Shown: positions 12,115 through 24,792 of the stretch, one piece after another | How positions within the stretch are numbered: position 1 is the stretch's first letter | Layout of the letters: every line of letters starts with the position of its first letter | NCBI GenBank assembly: GCA_013239625.1 | Contig: MU053881.1 | Span: forward strand, 6,533,957-6,597,956 | Reading direction: 5' to 3' | Length of the DNA stretch: 64,000 nt | Origin: Lama guanicoe | Lineage: Eukaryota | Translations under genes and position numbers: made by a program | The notes under the pieces: generated by a model | The model's input: the letters and a program-made list of their open reading frames with translations, nothing else | Database searches by the model: none | What the model was told of the DNA's origin: nothing

Positions 12115-14927
12115 CTGTCAGGTAGAGCTTCCATCTCATTCACTCACTGATTCTGTGGGTCAATATTACTCGATACCTACCAACCCCATGCCAGGCACTG
12201 TGCTAGGTGCAGGTGGAATATCCCTCCTTCCTCTTTTAAAGCTCACAGTTCAGAGGTGGAGGCAGACAGTAAAGAAGTAAAGGAACACATTCAACTACAA
12301 CTTGTGATGAAAGCTCCGAAGGAAACAGACAGGCTGTACCAAGAGGGATTAAGGAGGAGTGTCCCTTTGAGAAGTTGACATTTAAGGTGATCCCCAGAGG
12401 ATGGGAGGGAGTTGGCCATGTGTCAGGAGGGCAGGGGAGGCAGGGTAGGGGTTGGGGTGACACCTGTGGGAGCACCTGGTCCAGGGAAGTGAGTTCTGAC
12501 TGGAGAAGCTGAGGGCTGGCCACGCCTCCTCAGGTGCCTTCCCACCTCAAACTCCGGGAAACTCATATTTGCAGTAACATACACCCTAGCTTCGACTTTG
12601 ACCCTTCACATCTCCTGGGGTTCAGCCAGACTCCCATAGTCTGAGAATCCCAGAAGCTGGGGGAGGTTCCACTCCCTCTCTCCAACCCTGGCTGCTTTGT
12701 TCTTGTTCCCTCAATCGGCCTTTTCTTCTGAGGGGCTGGGTCACCGGCACCTTGAGGAGACCGTGCCAGAAGCTGAGAGTATTGAGACCTCAGAGATCAC
12801 TCCCAAGCCACAAACACAATCACTGGCACTGTTGGCTATAGGGCAGGTGGGGAACGGTGGGCTGGACTGACCAGGAAGCAGTCCCTGATGAGGGCAGACC
12901 ATCCACGCCTCTTACTGTGTACCCTGGGAGGCTGCGCCCCCCACCCGCCCCGGGAAGGTGGCTGGAGGAAAGGTCTGTTGCAGACAGCCTGCTCCCTGGC
13001 AGTGGAGCTTCAGAGCCTGAAGAGGGCAAACTGTCTCAGCAAGCCCCTGCCATCACCTTACTGTAAAGAGCTCACGCCCAGCACACTCAGCCTTACCATA
13101 TGCCCTCCACTCAAACAGACAAACAGACAAAAGACAAGAAACAAGACAAAAACAAACAAAACCTTAATGTCATTGCCAGAGGGTCAGACTATATATATAA
13201 TGACCTTCAGAGCCGCTCATTACCACCCTCGGGGCCAGCCCAAGTCCAGTCTGCCCACTGCTTCAGATAAAAACAGGCCCACAGCTAAGTTTCCTAATTC
13301 TTAGAAAGATAGGGCTTTTATTGCTTTTCCTTCATCCTTCCAACAGAATTTGAGAGCCTTCGATGTGCCAGATGTTCTAGGTGTTGGGGACGCAGCTGTG
13401 AACAAAACAGGCGAAGTCCTTGCTTTCATGAAACTTCTGTTCTAATGAGGGGACACAAACAGAAAGCAAATAAATATATATGTAGATGCTAAAGGGGATG
13501 GGGGTGGTAGGAGTTCTGTTTCAGGTGGGGTGATCAAGGAAGGCCTCTCTGAGAACAATAAAACTCAACAATGCCCCATTCCAGCTTCCCTCCTCCAACC
13601 TCTTGTCAATTCCCTCTTGTTAATACTCTTTCTGAAATTCTTTTACAATCAGATTTCTTCCCTGCTTAAAAATTCTTCAGTGGATTTTTTTTTTCTAAAT
13701 AAAATGCTTTCGGCAGGGCATTCAAAAGCCTTCAGTATCCGGCCTCAAGGTGATACTCACCCTTCATCACTCCCTTATTTTGCAGTCGTCACTCCATACT
13801 GACGGGCTCACAGGTGTCCAGATGCCATCAGGAGGGCTCTGGTTCTCTCTCTCTGCCTCCCCTCTCCCCCAACCCCCCAGCCCATCTTTGCACATGCTGT
13901 TCCCCTGCCTGGGACATCCTTTGTCTTCTCTGTCCTATCCATCAGGCCAAACCCAACAGGTCCCTCAGAGTGTCTCCTGTCCTGCCAGATTTTCTCCCTG
14001 TCCTCTATGCTGACCTCTCTCATAGCATCTACCATACCATAAACCATAGAATACCCATAGCTTGTATTCTTGCCTGCCCACCACACCAGACTAGGAACTC
14101 CTAGAGAAACTCAATCCTTAATGCTCAGCATAGAACTGGATACTCAGGAGGTGTTGAATGAATTAATAAATAGAGAAAAGAATCTCTTCTGTTTGTTCTC
14201 TGTCACCTTATTGGGCCCTTCCAGCATGCTTATTTTATTTAGCGAGAAAACGAGATCCAGCCTTTTTCTCCCAAGCAATGTCTCTTTCTCCCCACTGTCT
14301 CCTTAGGTTTTTTTTTTCCCTCTGATCTCTCCTTGTCCTCCTGCCTCATGCTGTCTGCCTCCCTTCCTGACTCTGCTCTGCAAGCCTGTGTCTGGGTTGT
14401 GGGTCTGGGGCCTGGACCTCCATACCTGCAGCTCTGCTCAGACTCCTCCTAGCTGACCCCAGCCTGTTTCCTGATGACCCAAACTTCTTCTGGGGCTCCT
14501 GATTTGAGATGGGCTGTGGGTCCTTGTGGGCTAGAACTGAGGCCATTTGAAGCCAGGGGGAGCTGACCTGGAGGCTACCCAAGTCTAAGGACAAAGGCAG
14601 GCATTGGAGCTGCCCATGCTGCTGAAATTCAGATCCTAAAGAGTCATCTGTATGGACCACATTGACTGTAGACCAGACTTGGCCTTGGGGATCCCCAGCC
14701 ACCACCTTATACATGACCCTGCTCTACCTTCCACTGGTATCCATTTTGGTCTCGAACATCAGTAACTTGATCTCTCTGACCTGACATTTGCTTAATTCAC
14801 TGCTTTGCCTTGAACGTGATGACCAGACTGTCTGACCTCTGGTCATTCTCTCAATGACCACATCCTCCTGCATGCTTCCAGTCATTTCACACTCATTGAC
14901 TGGGTTGGGCTCCTTGCTAGACTCTAG

Positions 14928-15142
14928 GTTGAGAGTCAGCAAATGTTTTCTGTAAAGGGCCAGATAGTACATGTTTAAGGCTTTGAGACACACGGCATCT
15001 ACTCACCCCTGATGCTGTAGCACAGAAGCAGTCACAGGTAATAGGGAAATGAATAGGCGAGGTGATGTTCCAGTGAAACCTTATTTACAGGAACAGGTGC
15101 TGGACAGGATCTGGCCCAGGGCCTGGAGTTGGCTGACCTTGT
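14928..15142. mobile_element. MER58A-like hAT MITE
   Basis: 'gtcagcaaatgttttctgtaaagggccagatagta...tgttccagtgaaaccttatttac...gttggctgacc'. Confidence 0.75.
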
Positions 15143-15847
15143 CTCTAGACTGGTGATGACTCATGAACCCAACCGAGCTTGTGCCCAGAGCACTGCCCAC
15201 TTGCCATGATTGGGTTCCTTTGAAATTAAGCATTTGAAAACTGAATTCATTTCTGTAATTCTCCCCACCAAGTCAACACTTGTGCCGTCTTTCTAATTTT
15301 CTTTTTAACATAAATTCCCATTAGACTTGTTCTCCGAGGTCTTCCAATCAACTTTCTTTATTTCTTTTCCTAACACTTTCCCTACCTCCGTGAGCATACA
15401 GTCTCAGGATTGTCGCTTCTCCTCTAGTCCATGGATGGCCCCTTAGAACTGCTTGCTGTGGGGCCCTAGCCAGGGGCAGCTGGTCTTCACCCCAAGGCTC
15501 TCAAAGCTGCTTCACCCAAGATCCATTACAAACCCAAACTGGCTTGGGTGGGAGGAGCTGTTCCCCTCTGCACTGGACAGACTCCAACTTCTTTTTGAGA
15601 CCAGGCAACACTCTTCTCCCATCAGAGAGTCAGAAGATAACACTGGGCTAATCCGTGGTCCCCCCTCCCACAGCATCTACCTCCAAACCCTCCAGCTCCT
15701 TCCTGAAAACCCACACCCAGTGCTCTGCCTTTGCTTCCACAACCATCCTTGAACTTGTGCATCATTCATCAATTCATAAGTGTTTATCAGGTGCCTTTTA
15801 ATGTTCCAGGAACAAAACAGACACAGTCCTTGCCCTTATGAGCATTC

Positions 15848-16060
15848 AGGTCAGCAAACATTTTCTGAAAATAGATAGATAGTAAGTATTTTAAACTTTG
15901 TGGACCTCATGGTCTCACCTACCACTCAATGCTGCTGTTGTAATGCAAAAGAAGTCACAGACAATAAATACACAAATGCCGATGGCTGTGTTCCAATAAA
16001 ACTTTATTTATAAAAACCAAGTGGTGGGCAGGATTTGGCCCACAGGCTGTAGTTTGCCAG
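15848..16060. mobile_element. MER58A-like hAT MITE (second copy, same orientation)
   Basis: 'ggtcagcaaacattttctg...ggctgtgttccaataaaactttattta...ggatttggcccacaggctgtagtttgcc'. Confidence 0.8.
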
Positions 16061-16288
16061 TTACAATTGTTGTATGTTTTACAATGGCTTCATCCTGGTG
16101 TTGTTTAAAAACTGTGATTCTGCGAAACACCAACGCCTGAGAACTGAGAAGTAAAATGATTCCTTAAGAAAACGCAGTAACACAAAACCTTTGGAAAGTG
16201 CATTTGATGACGAAAAACAAAAATACCAGAAATATCCAGAAATATCCCAGCTCAACTTGTCCTCGGACAAACACAAAATGAACTTGGA

Positions 16289-16750
16289 TGTGCCAACTAA
16301 AAATTGTCACTTGCCATCTGGTTCTATAAGAATGAAGTCACTAGCCACTGCAGTCGCTGACCTTCAACCCACCCTGAAAGGAGTTCAGGTCTGAGATCAG
16401 GAATAAGACACTCTGTGCTCTGTGAAAACTGGCAGAACAGGCCTTCACATAGATATTTTCAGGAGAAGATTTTATGAACCCAGTTTCTTCCACCTTTGAA
16501 TATCTAGAAAAGCACTAAAATCATTCACAGTGACATCTGCTCCTCATGACGAGCGGCAACCTCCTGTCAAAATGTCTGCGTGACTGCACATACCTCCCTT
16601 CACTAAAATCATATATGATGCTGACTTTCCCTCCCACCTCTTTGGAGGAGTTCCTCAGAGCTATCTGAGAGGCTGTCTCCTGGGCAATAGTCCTCATTTT
16701 GCCCCATATAAAACTCAACTCTCACGTTGTGCATTTTTTCCCAGTGGACA
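16289..16750 (+). mobile_element. ERV1-type solo LTR (MER41-like, cetartiodactyl)
   Basis: TG...CA ends with imperfect inverted termini (tgtgccaactaaaaa / ttttttcccagtggaca). Internal 'ttcctcagagctatctgagaggctgtctcc' motif. A ttggatg direct repeat lies at both boundaries. Confidence 0.65.
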
Positions 16751-19700
16751 GTTGGATGAAAAACCTCTCATCCTCAAAGGTCACCTTTACAAGGCCACCA
16801 ACACACTGATTCAAATCCCTACTTCTTCCTGTTGGAATCTTTCAAGAGTTTCCACCTTGATGCTTTTGCCTCTGTTTGCTTCCATCTACCACACACTGCC
16901 CTAGGCCTCTTTCCAAAATGTAGATCTGATTATGTCACTCCCTTCCTCAGAAGCTATCAATGGCTCCCCATTGCCTCTAGCAGAAAGTTGGCAGTTCCAT
17001 ATTATGCCATTTCAGGCTGCAATGGTCTCTCCCAACCTACTTCCCTAGCCTCTACTCCCACTACAAGCTCACTCTCAACATGCTGTGCCCCATGTCCCAG
17101 ACACTCCAGCCTGTTCTGTCTTTTCCTCCCTCTGAAATTTTGTTTTTGCTGCTTCCTTCACCTGGAATACCCTTTCTTTCCCATTTCCCTCCTTATTCTT
17201 TAAGACACACCTCAAATGCTTCTCCTTTCCCAGAACCTCCTAGTTGGAGTGAATCTCCTTGTCCCCACAATATAGCCGAGTGCTGGAGTTGATTGGCTAC
17301 ACATTTTTCTCCCTTAGTATTGAAAGCTCCTGGAAGTCAGGGGCTGTGTTGTTAATCATTGTGGCTGGTCCACCGCCCTCTTCCCTGTGTCCAAGTGCTT
17401 GGCACAAATTAGGGATTGAATAAATTGTCAAATTGAAGAGTTTTCTATAGGCTCTTTTAGGAACCGCTGACAGATGGGGATGGGGGCATGGTGACTGTTG
17501 GATATCCTCCCCAGCTAGGCGATTAACTCGGAGAAAAACCAGGAAGGACTCTGAGAACTTTTTGGAGACCGTATCCCAGTGGTTGGGAACCCACTCCAGC
17601 TGACGCCGTATTATTTTCCCATTTGCAAGAGCCGGGTGGCCTCCTCCTTTCCCCAGCCTCTTCCCCTTCTCTCCAGCTCCCCTCTCTGGCTGTTCTCCAG
17701 GGGAAATTCATGTCTGTAATGGTGGAATAATTAGCTCCCAATCCTGGCATGCATTAACCTCGAATTGATGGTGTCAGCTAATGAGAGACAGGGAGCAGGA
17801 GGTCTCAGGCATTAGGCGCCTCTAACTGCATTTCTTTCTCTAGGGCCTGGCTTGCACTGAGCCACGGCTAATCATCTCCCAGGCCCTCGCACAATTTTTC
17901 ACTCCCAAGTAAGAAAGATCATTATAGGTTTTCCCACACTCTTATGACATCAGCAATCTCCATTTTAGTCAAATCTTTCCCCTCACCCCAAAATAAGTGG
18001 GGCAACATTTTTTTCCCCCCACAAAGATACCTTTACCTTTTTGGTTCAACAGAAAGTAGCAAGTTGTAACCCTCACTTACTAACTGTGAACCTGGACAAT
18101 CTGCTTGGTGTGAGTCTGTTTTATCTGTACAGTGGGGATCATTATAGTAGCTACCTCATAAGGTTGTTCTGTGGATCCAATGACCTGATCCATGTAGGTG
18201 CTCAGCCAGAGGGCTGCACTCAGTCATGGCAGCTGTCATGATTATTACCTGGTCCAGGTGAGCGCTGGAACCCTATACGCTCTCTGGACCTCAGTATCCT
18301 TTTCTCCAGAATAGGGGCTGAGATGGGCATCAGTAACTCTCAAGTGGAATGCTGGGATGGGATAGTTCTTAGGTCTCCCCATCACCCTTAACTATACATA
18401 TACCCAATTCGGCTGCTGCTGCTTATCTCTGAAAGTCTGGTGCGCTTTGTTCCATTCACCAACATAAAAGATTTCTCTACTAGTAGTCGTAATAGTCCCA
18501 GTAACAGGACTGGAGAGAAATGACTTCCCGAAGAGCTTCAATTAGAGCTGCCCCCTGCCGTCGGGAGAAGTCATTGCACCTCACCAATGGTTTTTGTCTC
18601 TGGCAACCAACTGTATCAGTTCACTTAATAATCCTTGTATCGTATGGTGTTTTACAGTTCAGAGAGTTTTTCATCCCAGTGGTCTCAATTCACCCCCCCC
18701 CAAATAATCCCATGGGATAGCTGGAGTAAATGTTATCAACCTCAGTTTATAGATGGGAATGTTCATTCATTCAGTGAGCATTTGTGGGGCACATTTTTTA
18801 CAAGCTGCCCCAGTTCAGATGTTCTGAGGCTGAGGTGTCATTGTTCCAAGTGGTGGCTATGGGTCAGTGTTCCAGGCCTTCCTGTGTTGGGTCCAGTGTG
18901 CCCTTGCACCCCACCACATCCCTTTTCTGGAGTTGGCCCCAGTCACTACCCCTGATTCCTAGCAGTGAAGCCCTCATCCAGGCAGCTCCCATGGTCTTGT
19001 TTGCTGAGCCCACAGCTCCCTGGTAAATTGCTACTCACCCTCTAAGCTCCAGCTCATCTCCTGTGGAGCCCTCCCTCACTTTGCCTTTCTTCTCCCCTTC
19101 CAGCGTGGTACTTTGGATTCATCGCCATAACCACATTTATCACATTGTAGTGTGATGACTTATGTACACTGCTGCCTGTCTATCCCTGCATCCTGCCCCC
19201 TCCAAATACATCCCCATCCAAATACAAAGCCACAAGTTGGGAAATTCGGGAGGTCAGGGGCCCTTTCTATCATCTGCATCTGGCACAGGTTCAGTAAATG
19301 TTCATTGAATGGATGGAGTAACTCTGAATAGGTCATTCCCTCCCTGAGTAATGTTGGTATCTTACATCCTCTGGCTGCAGTTGAGTGCAGAAGGGGGTGG
19401 GGACGGAGGGGACAGAGAGTCATTGAAGACAGAAGCAGGTTACCAAGCCTGGTACCTCTGTGCTTCTTGGAGTGGTCTTGTTTCTAGATGTCCAGTAGCC
19501 ATTAAAGACATGTGCTCTGCGGCCCGTATTCTTTCCTCCCAGCAGATCCAGCGTCAGGAAATTAGACAGAAAACAGCCAGGCAACTTGCTTAAAGAAAAT
19601 GAAAGAGGGAATTTATGGTGAAGATCTCTCAAGTGCCAGGCTTCCTTCTTACTAAGTAATACTATCCCCATTTTATAGATGCGTCAACAGTCCCAAAGCT

Positions 19701-20382
19701 CAGTAATCTTGGATTTTATCAGACAGACAACCAAGAGCTAGCAGAAGATTAATTGGGGAGCCACCTGCTTGCCATACATGGTGTGGGAATACGACACATC
19801 AGTTAGAGAACAGCTCCAGTTCTGAGGTTGCACGGTTGGCGCCCAAAGAGGCAGTAAGATTTAAGTGGGGAAATCTCTTCGCTGGAACTACAGATTAATT
19901 GTAGATTCCCACTTCACTCATCAACTCTGTAGACTTGGTGAGAAAGCGTAAACCACTCAACCAACTTCAGTCCCTACTGCTGAACACATATACGTGGCAG
20001 TACTAAACATACATTTTGTCCCCTGAAGACAGCACATAATAATGAACCTGAATAGATCCTTCATTCTCCAGCCAATATGTAAATGCAGACATTTCCTCAT
20101 ATAAGTTTAGAGAGAGAAGGTCCTAATATCATCATTAAATTTTATTTTTCCAGTGGGTTTTGGGACTGAAGATCCTTCTCCACTTCCTCCTACTTTTCTA
20201 ATGATCAAAAACCTTCCTTCATTTTAAAGATTAGAAAATTGGGGCCCTGAAAATGTAAGTGAATTGCTCCAGATCCCAATTGGGGTCAATGGCAGAACAA
20301 GTGTTGGGGGTGAGAGTTGTGATTCCAGAGCATTTAAAAGTGAGGATGCACCGATGCAATTGCCTAAGGATTTTTTTTGATA

Positions 20383-20407
20383 CAAACAAACAAACAAACA
20401 AACAAAA
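20383..20407. repeat. (ACAA)n microsatellite, about 6 units
   Basis: acaaacaaacaaacaaacaaacaaa read directly. Confidence 0.9.
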
Positions 20408-20858
20408 AGTCATCCTCTGTCTTCTACTTGAATTATCTGGATTCCAAGGCCAGAGGCTGTTGATTTGCCACCCATGTTTTCCCTAGGGTCTGTAAGATGG
20501 GTCTTCACATCCCAGGAAGAGCTAACTGGACAGTGGAAGGAGTGAAAAAAGCGTCTCCCTTCTTGCACTGCTGCCTGCACATCCAAGGGGCCAGATAAGG
20601 CAGGCTTTCTGCTCAGAGCCTCTTAATAGGGCTTTCAGTGAATGGCCGCACAATAAAAAACATAGCCCCCTCTCTGCTGCCCTCCCATGCCAGAGGAGCT
20701 TGCAAAGCAGGGAAGCAGCCATTCTTGCTCCTCATTTCTGGGATTCCCTACTCTGCCTCTGTAGCTTTGGCTGCTGCCGTGGGGACGTCTCTGCAGCTGT
20801 GTTTTATACGTAACTCTCTAAGAAGCGTGTATTAAAAATGTCCTCTTTCACTCCTATG

Positions 20859-21034
20859 TAGGGTAGTCAGATTTGGCAAATAAATAAAAATACAGGACAT
20901 TCAGTTAAATTTGAATTCCAGGTAAACCACGAATACTTTTTAAAAAATGTAAGTATGTCCCAAATATTGCATTATTTGGTCTTATCCTAAATTTAAATTT
21001 AACTGAGCATCCTGTATTTTATGTGGCAGCTCTA
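20859..21034. mobile_element. MER53-like palindromic hAT MITE
   Basis: Inverted arms aaaatacaggacattcagttaaatttgaatt...aaatttaaatttaactgagcatcctgtatttt, with central aagtatgtcccaaatattgca. Confidence 0.85.
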
Positions 21035-23829
21035 CTCTCACCACAAGGAAAATGGCCCTATCTCCATTTTCTCTGACCAGAGAGCAATTGTTTACACTTG
21101 TTTTTGCTGTGATGATCTGCTTTGAGCTTGTTAAAATAATTGGTCAAAATATACATGTGCCTGGGGAGTTCAGATGTCTGCATTTCCAGGAGAGTGTAGG
21201 AAATTGAATCCAAATATTGATATTTCTGGTGATTAATCATTAGCAGTGTTTATGCCTGATGCCAGCTCCTTGTTTTGACTGAGCTGATAGATTAGATTAT
21301 CGAAAAACAGCAGTCAGTCACTTGCTTCTACCTGAGCTCATATCGTTAAGCATCCTTACTTTTTGGCGGATTGTTCTGGTGTTTGTAACCATTAGAGTTA
21401 GTGTGTAATTGAGCCATGGAAAATACCTGCTTGAGGCTAGAGCCTCTCTGGCTCTGTAAACAGTACCTTTACTGACTGAGCCAATAAACTGTTCAGACCT
21501 AAGAGACTGTCCTTCCCCACCAATAACTTCGAACTAAGGTGGCTCTTCAGGAGTTACAGAATAAAATTCACACAATAGGAAATTAGCTGTAGACATTATT
21601 CCAGAGGATGACAGAGGTGTATTTGGAAAGCCTGAACGTCCAATCAAGGTGCCCTGGGTACTGTCTCTGGGACAAGTCCTGCCGTGGAGTTGAACCAGGA
21701 GACGGCAGGTCTGCAGGAGAACCATGTGGTCTCTGAAGAACACTGGTTATCCAGAGGGGAGGGTGAGCTTGGGCCCTTGAGAAAGGGAACTTGCAGAATA
21801 AGAACTTGGCAGTGTTTACTGAGAACCTTTCAAAGGAGAAAGGCTGGAATCTGCCAGGGAGTTTTCAGGTAGCTGGAAAGGTGCTGTCCATTGTGGGGGA
21901 AGAAGGATAGTTCATGAAGCCTCAGCACAGTTCTGGGCGACACCCTACCCCACCCCATGCCCTCTAATTTCTCTCGGCTTTGACTTCAACCCAAGAAGTG
22001 ATGTTCTGTTCATGATTTGGTTTCCCTTTCGGATTTGCTTACCCAGACATCAACACTGACTGTGTAGCATACCTGTTCTGGCTCCCTCCCTCCCTCCATT
22101 TCTTCCTTCCTTTCCTTCTCTTTTTTTTTTTTTTCTCCTTGTAGATCTATTCCTCAGAATAAATTAGTGTAGTGGAGTGAATTCTGGTATGTACATGAGC
22201 CTCTTGTGAGCCTGGGTAGTCTGAGTCAGTTCCCCTAATGTCTGGCCAGCTTTCAGGGCACTGGCAAAGTCAAGCTGCTGGACTTGTAATGCTGGGGGCC
22301 AGGCCCTAGAACTCGGCACCCACACTGAATCCTTCTGCTCCAGAGCTCAACCCACCAGCTCACCTGGCAAATTCTCCGAGCTCTCTTGAACTGCAACATC
22401 CTTGGGCGAATATGTAGTCAGTGTTGTGGTTTATAACCAATCTGGTTTTGCTTTACTACTGCAAATACTGTTTGTACTTTTCCAGAGCCTTTGTATCGTA
22501 TTGTACGAATTCTTATAGATGGGCAGGCACAGTCCTCTTCTGGAGTGAAGAGAGGCAAAAACACGCAAACAAATACATTGTTGACTACTGGGCATGTAAT
22601 GGTGGACAATATCCAGTTGAACACTACTCTTTAAAGAAAAAAAGACAAGTCTTCCTCAGGTGAACAGAGGGGAGGGGAACCTGATGCCGCAGAGAATGCG
22701 GTGTTCTTGTGACCCCTGAGCCACGGATTTAGCACTTCAGGTTGCCTGCCGAGTGTTCCTTTCTTTCAACCATGTGAGAAACAGGCCACAAAGCCTTTAC
22801 ATTGAGTAGCTGTTCACTGCTTGCTTCCCTTGGAAAGACGCCAACTGGCTGACCTTTCTGCATTGCTATGGAAAAGATGAGTAACTGTTTGCGGTAGTAA
22901 GTGCATACGGAGCAGGTACACTTTTGTCATCATCTTCTACATCATCTGTAGTGTGTGATGAAGGGGTCCTTATGGCAGGTGAAGGCTGGCTGTTGTAGCA
23001 AATGCCATCACTCTCCATTCTGGAGATTGCATCTGCCGTGGGAACGGTGAGCCAAAAGAAATGACCAGGGTGACATTTCAGGTTCCTCTCCATTTGGTTA
23101 TGTTTTTGAGTCCTACTGCTCAGGAGGCTGACTTAATATAAGAAGAAGGCAGCTAATTTAATTTAAAGGGAGGCTTACTTACTCATTAAGTAAATATTAA
23201 CAGAGCACCTGCTGTGTGCTCAGCACTGTGATGCCCTTTCAGCCTAACGGGAACAAATGTGAGAAACAAACATCTCGTTTGCTGGTTCAGTGATGACCAG
23301 CAATGTGTGGTTTGGGGGCCTGGACCTCTGTTCTTGTTGTGCACGTTAAAACTACAGGTCGCCACTAGGTCATGAAGACGAAGATGGAGCTGAGGACCAC
23401 AGATAAAGGACAAAGCTGGGAGGGCAGGGCAGGGCTGGTCTGAGCAATGTCCAGACCTGAGCAAGGATCTAAGAACCCCCTAACATTCCAATCCACATCC
23501 CCCAGACAGAGCGTCTGGGTCTAACTTTCTATATCTGATGCCTTTAGCCAGGCAAATTGCTGGCAAGGTAAGTGGTTAAAATATTAGATATGCTGTCAGG
23601 AGCTAGGAAAGCCATAGGAATGGAAGGGGCATCCATTCATTCACTCATTAATTCATTCATCAAACATTTATTAGTACCTGTTCTTGAAAAACAAAGATAA
23701 ATAAAATATGTTACCTTCCCTCAAGGAGCTTACAGCCTCAAAGAAAAGAAAGGCAAATAATAGTGATTAGAGGTACTGACTGAGTCTTGCTATGTACAGT
23801 ATTTTTGTGCCAGCCACTAATTTCCTCTG

Positions 23830-24088
23830 GGTGACAGAAAGAGGGTCTGGTGTCACTTGTACATGCTGTGGATTACATTACAGGAGAGGAACCCTGAGCT
23901 CAGGGAACTCAGATCTTTTTTAGTGGATAGTAAGCCTACCTGCCCGTTGCTTTGAAGGGGGACACTAGGTACCTTCTGAGGCCATTTGCTACACAAACAT
24001 TCTTGGAAAGATAATCAATAACCAGGACAATGTCCGTCATCACAAGATGTACAGAAACACAAGACTCTTGGAAAACTGCTTTCCCAAA
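23830..24088. mobile_element. ERVL LTR fragment (LTR67-like)
   Basis: 'acaggagaggaaccctgagctcagggaactcagatctttt...caaacattcttggaaagata' resembles recalled LTR67B. Family assignment tentative. Confidence 0.45.
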
Positions 24089-24539
24089 ATGATCAGTTTT
24101 CTTTTTTTAGGATGACAGCTTTTGTGGAAACAATGAGAAGGAGATACTGAGGGAAGTCATTGGCCTTGGTATCAAAATGGATTTTTGCCCTCCTCCTGTA
24201 GGACTCAATGGTGGGGTATGGCCATGGTGAAACGGGTAAACGTGGTCACCGGCAGGAGTGCGAAGGGGGTGTGGACACTCTCTCCTATTGGCCAATGGTG
24301 AAGACTTTGCTTTATGAAGAACATGTGGCTTCATCCTGTTAGCATCTCAGGGCAGATACCTGAAGAGAAAGGCAGTCTGCCCAGGGTAGGCATGGAGGGG
24401 CACGTTGTGTCCAATTCAGCATGATGTCCTGAAGGAAGAAAGGAGATTACAGTCTGTTGAGGGCCTACTACATCCCAGGCTCTGCGATCAACATTTCTAC
24501 AACTTCCATTTCGCTTAGCCTCATATTAACCCTTTGTCT

Positions 24540-24792
24540 TTTTTATTGTGGTAAAATACACATCACATAAAATTTACCTTTGTGACCATTTAAAAGGGTA
24601 TGATTCAGTGTCAAGTTCATTCATAAGGTTATGCAACCATCACCACTGTCTAGTTCCAGAGCATTTTCATCACCACAAACAAAAACCCCAGACCTATGAA
24701 GCAGTCACTCCCCACTGCTCCCTTCCCCTCAGCCTCTGGCAACCACCCATCTGCTTTCTGCCTCTATAGATTTGCCTACTTTATATATTCAT
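24540..24792 (-). mobile_element. L1MB-like 3' end fragment
   Basis: 'tattgtggtaaaatacac...tgcaaccatcaccactgtctagttccagagcattttcatcac...ggcaaccaccc atctgctttctg'. Confidence 0.8.
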
